Shown here one piece after another: positions 1 through 7,500 of a stretch of 10,060 nucleotides of DNA (positions are counted from its first letter, which is position 1; each line of letters begins with the position of its first letter). A program made the translations under genes and the position numbers. This DNA comes from Gemmatimonadota bacterium (lineage in GTDB: Bacteria > Gemmatimonadota > Gemmatimonadetes > Longimicrobiales > Gaopeijiaceae): NCBI GenBank assembly GCA_039589315.1, contig JBDHHQ010000137.1, forward strand, positions 1 through 10,060. Reading direction: 5' to 3'. The notes under the pieces are model-generated. The model ran no database searches and was not told where the DNA came from. It saw only the letters and a list, made by a program, of their open reading frames with translations.

Positions 1-1
1 C

Positions 2-508
2 TACGTCATCGGGGTCTCGACGATTCCGCGCACCTTGGGCCTGGACGGGCCCGACTTCAACCAGTACCTGGCGGTGGACGGCATCCCCGACATGCTGATC
101 GAGCGCGCCCGGGACCGGGAGCTGGACAGCGAGGCGTGGGAGGAGTACTCCAAGCACATCAAGGCCGTGTTCCAGGTTGGTGAGCGGCGGAGCGGCGGGC
201 TCGACGTGGTCCTGGGCTACCCGGCCGAGCTCGTGCCCCTGGTGAACCCCTACGAGCTGTCGGAGGGCGACGAGATGGTGGTCCAGGCCCTGGTGGACAG
301 CGAACCGGTGGCCGGTCAGCTGGTGCTGGTCGGGGGAGACGGAGACATGGCGGCCGCGGAAGGTCGCACAGACGCGGAGGGCGTGTTCAGCTTCACGCTC
401 GATGCGCCGGGCCGCTGGTACGCCAAGTTCATAAACATGCAGAAGACGGACAGGGAGGGGTTGACCCACGAATCCAAGTGGGCCACGCTGTCCTTCGAGA
501 TTCGCTGA
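2..508 (+). CDS. DUF4198 domain-containing periplasmic protein (Ni/Co-uptake-associated family), 5'-truncated by the window edge
   Basis: The frame is open from base 2 (YVIGVSTIPRTLGLDGPDFNQYL...), so the ORF-track start at 35 is internal. Motifs typical of DUF4198: FNQYLxxDG, EEYSKHIKAVFQVG, LGYPAELVPLVNPYEL, GRTDAEG, GRWYAKFINM and terminal ESKWATLSF. Stop TGA at 506-508. Confidence 0.85.
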   Translation, partial: YVIGVSTIPRTLGLDGPDFNQYLAVDGIPDMLIERARDRELDSEAWEEYSKHIKAVFQVGERRSGGLDVVLGYPAELVPLVNPYELSEGDEMVVQALVDSEPVAGQLVLVGGDGDMAAAEGRTDAEGVFSFTLDAPGRWYAKFINMQKTDREGLTHESKWATLSFEIR

Positions 509-510
509 GG

Positions 511-879
511 CTACTGCGCCGATTCGATGGTGAAATCGAACCGCCCACGCACCGTGTGGTCGTCGATGGGAGCCCCGACCCACGAGAGCGTGTAGGTGCC
601 GGCCGGCATCTCGCCCACGACGCGTGCCCGGATCACCTCCTCCTCGTCACCCGCCTCCATCTCGCCGAGCTCGACGCCGCCTTCGGGACCACGGATTGAG
701 AAGCTGGACCGCGACATGTCCGGCGCGGCGCTGAACTCGAGCCAAACGACCTCCGGCGCCTCCTCCAGCACCTGATCCTCCTTGGGCAGGCTGTCGACCA
801 GGTCGAGGTGGAACGTGGTCCAGGCGCCGAGGATCAAGGTGACGGCGAACAGGGCTGGGATCAGGCGGCGCTGGTTCAT
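511..879 (-). CDS. copC: Copper resistance protein CopC (periplasmic Cu-binding protein), 122 aa
   Basis: Signal peptide followed by HLDLVDSLP...VLEEAPEVVWLEFS and C-terminal GTYTLSWVGAPIDDHTVRGRFDFTI, matching the CopC pattern HxxLxxSxP...GxYxVxWxxxxxDxHxxxGxFxF. SD-like AAGGA upstream on the minus strand. Confidence 0.9.
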   Translation of the reverse strand: MNQRRLIPALFAVTLILGAWTTFHLDLVDSLPKEDQVLEEAPEVVWLEFSAAPDMSRSSFSIRGPEGGVELGEMEAGDEEEVIRARVVGEMPAGTYTLSWVGAPIDDHTVRGRFDFTIESAQ

Positions 880-925
880 GGATGATTGTCCTTCGAGGGC
901 GAGAGATCGTGGGTCTGACGCAGGT

Positions 926-955
926 AAGATAGCCCAGGACTTCGATCGAAGTCAT
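926..955 (-). promoter_or_regulatory. Putative sigma70 promoter of copC with overlapping palindromic operator
   Basis: Minus strand reads ATGACT (955-950), an 18-bp spacer, then TATCTT (931-926). The perfect palindrome GACTTCGATCGAAGTC (938-953) overlaps the -35 and spacer. Confidence 0.55.
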
Positions 956-1020
956 GCGCGAGCAGGTCTTCCGGCGCTGCAGCCCGGCCGACCGGGACGG
1001 TCGTCGACCGAGGGCGAGCC

Positions 1021-1135
1021 ATCCGTGCTGCCCTCCATGCCCGATCCGTGCCGCTCTCCATGCCCGATCCGTGCCGCCTCCATGCCTGAGCCGTGTCGCC
1101 CTCCATGCCCGAGCCGTGTCGGACCGGTGTGCCCG
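1021..1135. repeat. Tandem array of about 5 copies of a 22-24 bp unit (consensus AKCCGTGYCGCCCTCCATGCCCG)
   Basis: Units: 1021-1043 atccgtgctgccctccatgcccg; 1044-1066 atccgtgccgctctccatgcccg; 1067-1088 atccgtgccgcctccatgcctg; 1089-1111 agccgtgtcgccctccatgcccg; 1112-1135 agccgtgtcggaccggtgtgcccg (degenerate). Confidence 0.9.
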
Positions 1136-1171
1136 TGGTCCGTGCACGAGCCGCGACGGGCATCATCGCGG

Positions 1172-1200
1172 TTGACAGCGTTCTCGCCGCCCGGCACCGT
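1172..1200 (+). promoter_or_regulatory. Putative sigma70 promoter for the RAPP leader gene and efflux operon (leaderless geometry)
   Basis: Perfect TTGACA (1172-1177), a 17-bp spacer, then CACCGT (1195-1200; keeps the A2 and T6 of TANNNT). The ATG at 1208 follows after 7 nt. Confidence 0.5.
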
Positions 1201-1207
1201 AGAGGGT

Positions 1208-1552
1208 ATGGACCTGAAGGACATCTCCGGCCGACTCCTCGCGGGGGCGCTCACCGTGCTGCTCACGGTTCCCCTCGCGATTGCGGTGCATCACCACGAG
1301 GCGGAGCACGACGGCGGTGTGCCGCACCTCGAAGTGCCCCACGGTGGCCACGAGAGCCCGGCGCCGGAGCTGTACGATCGGATCACGTCCACTGGGCCTG
1401 AAGGCCCAACGGCCCAGCAGGCCAGCCAAGCCCCGGCGTTCCACGACGGTTTCGTGGTCCGGGTCGTGGCGATTTCACCAGAGCACCCGGACCACCCCGC
1501 CAGGCCACCCCCCGCTCCACACCCCGCACGCGCTCCACCCCTCGGATTCTAG
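1208..1552 (+). CDS. Small His-rich exported/membrane peptide with C-terminal RAPP motif (DUF2946/CruR/CzcI-like leader or arrest peptide), 114 aa
   Basis: MDLKDISGRLLAGALTVLLTVPLAIA (hydrophobic signal/TM) - VHHHEAEHDGGVPHLEVPHGGHES (His cluster) - linker - PEHPDHPARPPPAPHPARAPPLGF*. RAPP is encoded at 1529-1540. This is the 3' part of the 782..1552 ORF, whose upstream extension runs through repeats and the antisense of copC. Confidence 0.75.
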   Translation: MDLKDISGRLLAGALTVLLTVPLAIAVHHHEAEHDGGVPHLEVPHGGHESPAPELYDRITSTGPEGPTAQQASQAPAFHDGFVVRVVAISPEHPDHPARPPPAPHPARAPPLGF

Positions 1553-1728
1553 TGTAGCGGCGCGAGAGCCTGCGCCACTGCACCAAGACGCCACACCGGC
1601 AGGGTCTGGCGGTCGTCGCCCTGTGCCCGTGTCGGTGATCGCGCGTCCTGCCGTCGCACCGCGGCAACGCTCGCACACTGATCGAGCGCGTCCGCGGATC
1701 CCATGGCACACACAGCGGATCCGACACA
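1552..1728 (+). promoter_or_regulatory. Structured spacer between the RAPP peptide gene and the tolC-like gene (candidate attenuator/translational switch)
   Basis: Hairpins seen by eye: 1552-1563/1572-1583, 1589-1597/1603-1611, 1653-1665 and 1668-1673/1683-1688. CGGATCC 1695-1701 pairs with GGATCCG 1717-1723, over the SD-like GGA. An alternative long-range pairing is GTGTCGG 1629-1635 with CCGACAC 1721-1727. Confidence 0.4.
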
Positions 1729-2976
1729 ATGAACCCGAGAATCGCCTTGCTGCTGCTCGTTGTGGCCGAACTGGCCGGCGGTCAGACCGAGGCACGCGCT
1801 CAGGGGTCGCCGACCGAAGTGACCCTCGAGCAGGCGATGGCCCTCTTCAGCCGGCACAGCCCGGAGCTGCAGATCGCCCGCGGTCAGCTCACGGGCTCGC
1901 TGGGAGCCGCCCGACAAGGACGTGCCGTGCCCAACCTCACCGCCTCCTTCACGCACGAGGACCTCGGAGAGTACTCCGAGAGCTATCTGCTCTTCTCCCA
2001 GCGACTCGAGTTCCTGTGGGAGCAGGGCCGCAAGGGAAACCGTGCCGAGGCGTGGAGCGCGGCGGCCACCGCCCGCTTCGCGGCAGACAGCACCCGGTTC
2101 GCAACGGGCATCAAGCGCATCTACGTGGATGCCTGGGCTCGCGGTCAGGCCGTGCAGACGCTGCGCCTGGCCGAGGGAGTGGTGGGTGAGGTCATCGCTT
2201 CTGCGGAGGCTCGTGTGTCCGAGGGCGACCTCGCCGGATACGACCTGAAGCGCCTAGGCTGGGAGCACGCTCGCATGGCCCGACGTCTTGCCGTGGCCGA
2301 GTTGGAGCTCGAGGACGCCGAGCGGCTCCTCGGCTCCTCGGTTTCCGCGAGCGACGCGCAGCTCAGGGTCAGCCCCACCGGTCTGGACACCGACGGACCG
2401 CCCCCGGTTTCCCACCCCGACGTCGTTGGCACGGCGTTGGCGAACCGGGCGGAGCTCCGGGCGGCCCGGGAAACGATAAGGGCGCTGGAAGGGGACGCCA
2501 GTCTCGCCGGTTCGTCCTGGCTGGCGGGAACCAACGTGACGGGTGGCGGAAAGACTCAGTCAGACGGACTGGACGGATGGTTCCTGGGCCTCCAGGTGCC
2601 GCTCCCTCTCACCGACCGACGTGGTGGAGCAAAAGACGCCGCACAGGCCGCCGCAAGTCAGGCCCGGGCTCGCACCGCGCTCCTCACCCGCGTCATCTCC
2701 CGGCAGGTCTCCCTCGCAGAGGCGCGCCTCGCCTCGCTCCACCGTCAGCGGGCGCTGGTGGGCGAAGACGCCGTGGGCGGTGCCGATGAGCTGCTGAACA
2801 TCGCCCGCCTGAGCTACGACGAGGGCGAGGTCGGGATCGTCGAGCTGCTCGACGCCGCACGGGCGTTCGTGGAGGCCCGCCTGCTCTACAGCCAGGTCCA
2901 GGCGGATTCATGGATCGCGTACTTCGAGCTGGAAGCGGCCATGGGCGGGTTTCCGCCGCCGCCGACCCGGGAGTGA
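1729..2976 (+). CDS. czcC: TolC-family outer-membrane efflux channel, CzcC-like, 415 aa
   Basis: Signal peptide (ARA/Q), then VTLEQAMALFSRHSPEL, ARVSEGDLAGYDL, ALANRAELRAA, LGLQVPLPL, ARLSYDEGEVGIVELLDA and ELEAAMG: the two-repeat OEP pattern. It is the first gene of an OMF-MFP-RND operon. The symbol is a family-level label. Confidence 0.9.
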   Translation: MNPRIALLLLVVAELAGGQTEARAQGSPTEVTLEQAMALFSRHSPELQIARGQLTGSLGAARQGRAVPNLTASFTHEDLGEYSESYLLFSQRLEFLWEQGRKGNRAEAWSAAATARFAADSTRFATGIKRIYVDAWARGQAVQTLRLAEGVVGEVIASAEARVSEGDLAGYDLKRLGWEHARMARRLAVAELELEDAERLLGSSVSASDAQLRVSPTGLDTDGPPPVSHPDVVGTALANRAELRAARETIRALEGDASLAGSSWLAGTNVTGGGKTQSDGLDGWFLGLQVPLPLTDRRGGAKDAAQAAASQARARTALLTRVISRQVSLAEARLASLHRQRALVGEDAVGGADELLNIARLSYDEGEVGIVELLDAARAFVEARLLYSQVQADSWIAYFELEAAMGGFPPPPTRE

Positions 2977-2983
2977 GAGACCG

Positions 2984-4477
2984 ATGACAATACGCGAGAC
3001 GCTCACATGCGCTGCGACGATCCTGGCCGCCGCCCTTCTTGTGGGATGCTCGGCCGAGGACGCTACGCTCGCGCAAGCCGATCACGAGCACGGCGGTGGT
3101 GAGGCCATAACGATCTGGACCGACCGCGTCGAGCTCTTCTTCGAGTATCCGCCCATGATCGCGGGTGCCCCGGGCGAGCCGTGGGCAGTTCACCTGACCG
3201 ACCTGTCCACGTTCCAGCCCGTCATTGAGGGAGAGCTGACGCTCGAGCTGGATGGACCGGATGGCCGGCACACCTTTGTCGCCGACGCTCCGGCCAGGGC
3301 AGGGATCTACACCCCGGCGCCCGGCCTACCCATGTCCGGGATGTACGACCTGGTCATGGTGCTGCGCGGGCCCCAGGTCGAGGACGAGATCTTCGTGGGG
3401 CCCATCCAGGTCTTCGCCTCCGAGGAGGACCTGCCACACCTGGAGGAGCCCGAGGCCGTGGGCATCGCCTTCCTCAAGGAGCAGCAGTGGCCCATCGACT
3501 TCGCGACGGCCGAAGCGGAACAGGGCGAGGTGACCGGGGGCTTCGAGGTGACCGGCGAGGTTACCCACGCGCCCGACGCGCTGGTCGAGATTACCGCACC
3601 GGTGGCGGGCATTCTGGGCTTCGACAGGAACCAGAGCGCTCCGGCAGAAGGCGCGCGGGTCAGGGCCGGCCAGGTCCTGGTGAGCCTCTCGCCTGTCGAG
3701 GGAGAGGACACGTATGCTCAGCTTCGCGCCCGCGCCGATCGGTTGGCCCGGGAAGTGGCCCGTCTCGAACGCCTCGTGGCCGCCGAGGCCGTGCCCGCCC
3801 GGCGCCTGGAGGAGTCCCGGCACGACCTGGCGGTGGCCCAGGCGCAGCTCGAGGCGCTGGGCGCCGGCGAGCAGGACGGCTACACGCTCACGCTGCGCTC
3901 TCCCATCGACGGCACCGTGACCCGCCGGGAGTTCGTCCTCGGACAGCGGGTCGACGCGGGGGCGCACCTGCTCACCGTCATGGACGCGCGTCGCCTGCTC
4001 GTTCGCTTTCACGTACCGGCGTCGAGGTCCGGTGCGCTGGCCCGACTGACGGGCGCCACCTTCTCCCCGGAGGGATCCGACGCGGTGATCAGGGCCGACC
4101 GGGTGGTGGCCGTGGGGTCTGTCCTGGACCCCGTGCGCCGCACCGTGCCGGTGACCGTCGAGGTGGACAACCGGGAGGCCCTCCTGAAGGCCGGCATGCT
4201 GGTCACCGGCCGACTCCTGGCCGGTGACGGTGAGACGGGGGTGGTCGTGCCGTCGGAGGCGATCCGCGACGAGGACGGGCTCTTGGTGGCCTACGTCCAG
4301 ATCGGCGGCGAGACCTTCGAGCGGCGGGCCGTCGAGGTCGGAGTGACCGACGGTCAGTGGACCGTGGTTCGCGACGGCGTCCGCCGAGGTGAGCGGGTGG
4401 TCACCCGGGGCGCCTACTCCATCAAGCTGAGCTCCCTCAACACCAGTGAGATCTCCGACCATGGTCACCCCCACTAG
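2984..4477 (+). CDS. czcB: RND efflux periplasmic adaptor (MFP), CzcB/CusB-like lipoprotein with extra N-terminal domain, 497 aa
   Basis: Lipobox LLVG-C. Lipoyl half-motifs ITAPVAG and LRSPIDGTV..GQRV..G flank an alpha-hairpin. Also LDPVRRTVPV, LKAGM, VVVPSEAI, FERRAVEVG and GERVVTRGAY. His tracts DHEHGG (N-terminal) and DHGHPH (C-terminal). The symbol is a family-level label. Confidence 0.92.
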   Translation: MTIRETLTCAATILAAALLVGCSAEDATLAQADHEHGGGEAITIWTDRVELFFEYPPMIAGAPGEPWAVHLTDLSTFQPVIEGELTLELDGPDGRHTFVADAPARAGIYTPAPGLPMSGMYDLVMVLRGPQVEDEIFVGPIQVFASEEDLPHLEEPEAVGIAFLKEQQWPIDFATAEAEQGEVTGGFEVTGEVTHAPDALVEITAPVAGILGFDRNQSAPAEGARVRAGQVLVSLSPVEGEDTYAQLRARADRLAREVARLERLVAAEAVPARRLEESRHDLAVAQAQLEALGAGEQDGYTLTLRSPIDGTVTRREFVLGQRVDAGAHLLTVMDARRLLVRFHVPASRSGALARLTGATFSPEGSDAVIRADRVVAVGSVLDPVRRTVPVTVEVDNREALLKAGMLVTGRLLAGDGETGVVVPSEAIRDEDGLLVAYVQIGGETFERRAVEVGVTDGQWTVVRDGVRRGERVVTRGAYSIKLSSLNTSEISDHGHPH

Positions 4478-4514
4478 GAGTGGCGCCGGACCCGATGCCG
4501 ACGCCCTGACGCTT

Positions 4515-7500
4515 ATGGACCGGGTGATCGCGTGGTCCCTGGGCCACCGGCTGATCACCCTGCTCGGCGCGCTGGGCATCCTGATCGGGGGCGGCGCGGT
4601 GGCGTTGACGATTCCCGTGGACGTGTTCCCGGACCTCACCGCTCCGACCGTCACCGTGCTGGCCGAGGCCCACGGGATGGCCGCGGAGGAAGTGGAGCGG
4701 CTGGTCACGTTTCCCATCGAGACGGCCGTGAACGGCTCGGCCGGGGTGCGCCGCGTGCGCTCCTCTTCGTCCCAGGGCATCGCCATCGTTTGGGTGGAGT
4801 TCGACTGGGGCACGGACATCTATCGGGCGCGTCAGATCGTGGGCGAGAAACTGCAACTGGTCACCGCGCAGCTACCGGAAGACATGCCCCCGCCCGTGCT
4901 GGCGCCCATCACGTCCATCATGGGCGAGATCATGTTGGTGGGCATGACCGGTGAGGGGGTGTCGGAGATGGATGTGCGAACAGAGGCGGACTGGACCGTT
5001 CGCAAGCGCCTCCTGGCCATCTCCGGCGTCTCGCAGGTCATCCCCATCGGCGGTCAGGTGCGGCAGTACCAGGTGCTGGTCGATCCAGGACGGATGGCGG
5101 CGTTGGGGGTGACGCTCACCGAGGTCCTGCGGGCCGCGCGAGAGTCGAACGCCGTCGCCTCCGGGGGCGTGTACCTGTCCGAGGGGATGGAGGTTCTGAT
5201 CCGTGGGTTGGGACGGGCCACATCCACGGACGACATCGCCCAAACGGTGGTCGCCCTCCGGGACGGGACGCCGGTGCGCCTCGCCGAAGTGGCCCGCGTG
5301 GAGATCGGGCCGCGCCCCCGAATCGGAACGGGCTCGGTGAACGCCGGACCGGCGGTGATCCTCTCCGTGCAGAAGCAACCGGGGGTGAACACCCTCGAGC
5401 TCACCGAGCGGATCAACGAGGAGCTCGACGTGCTCCAGGCGCAGCTTCCCCCAGGGATCCGCATCGAACGCGACATCTTCCGTCAGGCCGACTTCATCGA
5501 GCTGGCGGTAGCCAACGTAATGGAGGCCTTGCGCGACGGCGCGATTCTCGTCGTGGTCGTGCTGTTCCTGTTCCTGTGGAACCTCCGGACCACGGGCATA
5601 TCCATCCTGGCGATCCCCCTCTCGCTGGCCGTAGCGGTCATCCTGCTCCGGGTCCTGGGCATCACCATCAACACCATGACGCTGGGCGGCATGGCAATCG
5701 CCATCGGAGCCCTGGTGGACGACGCCATCATCGACGTCGAGAACACGTTCCGCCGCCTGCGCGAGAATCGGCACGCGCCCGAGTCCGAGCGGCGCCCCGC
5801 GCTGCAGGTGACGTACGAGGCCGCCCGGGAGGTGCGCGGTCCCATCGTGAACGCCACCGCGATCATCACGGTGGTGTTCCTGCCGCTGTTCTTCCTGACC
5901 GGAGTGGAGGGCCGGATGCTGAGGCCGCTGGGGCTGGCCTACATCCTCAGCATCCTGGCGTCGCTGGCCGTGGCGGTGACGGTGACCCCCGTGCTCTGCT
6001 ACCTGCTCCTCCCGTCGGCGCGGATCATGGCCGACGATCGGGACAGCTGGCTGGTACGGTGGCTCAAGAACGCCTATCGGCCGTTGCTCGACTCGACCCT
6101 CCGCTTCCCGGTGCCCGTGGCCCTCGTCTCCACGGTGGGCGTGGTCGTGACCCTCGGTGCGTTTCCCTTTCTCGGCCGGGGATTCCTTCCGGAGTTCCAG
6201 GAGGGCACCCTGACGGTGTCCGCCGTCACGGTGCCAGGGACAGGCATCGTGGAGTCGGATCAGCTCGGCAACAGGGTCGAGCAGGTGCTGCTGGCCCATC
6301 CGGCCGTCGTGTCCACCGCTCGGCGCACGGGGCGTGCCGAGTTGGACGAGCACGCACAGGGCGTCAACGCAGCGGAGATCGATGTACGGCTGGACCTGGC
6401 CGTGGGGCCCGTGCACGAGGTGATGGCGGAGCTGCGCGAGCGGGTCACGATCCTCCCGGGCATGAACGTCACGATCGGCCAGCCCATCGGGCACCGCATC
6501 GACCACATGCTGTCGGGCACCCGAGCGGCCATCGCGGTCAAGATCTTCGGTGCGGACCTCTACCGGCTGCGGAGTCTGGGCGAATCGGTCCGCGCCGCGG
6601 TCGAGTCGGTCCCCGGCGTGGTGGACCTGACGGTGGAGCAGCAGTCCGACGTGCCCCAACTTCGCATCCGGGCCGATCGCCCCGCCATGGCGCGGTTCGG
6701 GGTGACCCCCGCGCAGCTGGCCGAGGCCGTGGACGTCGCGTTCAACGGCGAGGTCGTGTCCCAGGTACTCGAAGGACAGAGCGCGTTCGATCTGGTGGTC
6801 CGCTACCCCAGCGAGCTGCGAAACGCCCAGCACCGCATCGCGTCGGCCCGGGTCGACGCGCCACTCGGCGGCAGCGTGCCGGTCTCCGAGCTGGCGGACG
6901 TCGCGCTGGACCGTGGCCCCAACGTCATCAGCCGGGAGGACGTGCAGCGGAAGATCGTGGTGCAGGCCAACGTGCAGGGCAGGGACGTGGGCAGCGTGGT
7001 CGAGGACATCCAATCCCGCGTGTCCTCCGAGGTCCTGCTACCCGACGGCTACTACGTGGAGTACGGCGGTCAGTTCGAGAGCGGCCGAGCCGCGGCCCGA
7101 GCCATCGGATTGCTTTCGCTGGCTGCCGTGGGCGCGATCTTCCTGATCCTGTTCCACGAGTTCGGCAGCGCACGACTCTCGTTGTTGGTCATGGTCAACC
7201 TGCCGCTGGCGCTGATCGGCGGCGTGCTGGCTACGTGGCTCATGGGGGGTGTCCTGAACGTGGCTACGATGGTGGGCTTCGTGACGCTCTTCGGGATCGC
7301 GGTGCGAAACGGCATTCTGCTGGTCAGCCACTACGGCGATCTCCTCGCCGAGGGCAGGCCGCTGAGAGAGGCTGTGGTCCAGGGGTCCATGGAGCGGCTG
7401 AACCCGATCCTCATGACCGCGCTCACGGCGGCGTTGGCGTTGATCCCGCTCGCACTCGGGGGCGGGGAGCCCGGCAAGGAGATCCAGGCACCGCTCGCGT

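Noticed and set aside
976..1010. Short palindromes GCTGCAGC, CCCGG-CCGA-CCGGG and CGGTCG-T-CGACCG
   Set aside because: Short GC-rich dyads like these are expected at this base composition and have no supporting context.
1021..1135. CRISPR array
   Set aside because: The units are head-to-tail with no unique spacers, and there are no cas genes in the window.
876..1166. Minus-strand ORF with HGSGMEG/HGSGMES repeats overlapping the copC start (ATGA) as a His/Met metal-binding peptide
   Set aside because: The peptide repeats are a by-product of a 22-23 nt unit that shifts frame. The TGA arises automatically from copC's ATG-AAC, and the ORF spans the likely copC promoter.
782..1207. N-terminal extension of the 256-aa ORF 782..1552 (Cys/Pro-rich PCR repeats)
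   Set aside because: It overlaps copC antisense, the promoters and the DNA repeat. The signal peptide and promoter geometry support ATG 1208 instead.
4476..4509. AGGAG overlapping the adaptor stop followed by a mini-ORF MPTP* (4495-4509) before czcA
   Set aside because: The SD-ATG spacing is 14 nt, too long, and a 4-codon ORF is expected by chance. The czcA start (4515 versus 4461 or 4446) remains slightly uncertain.
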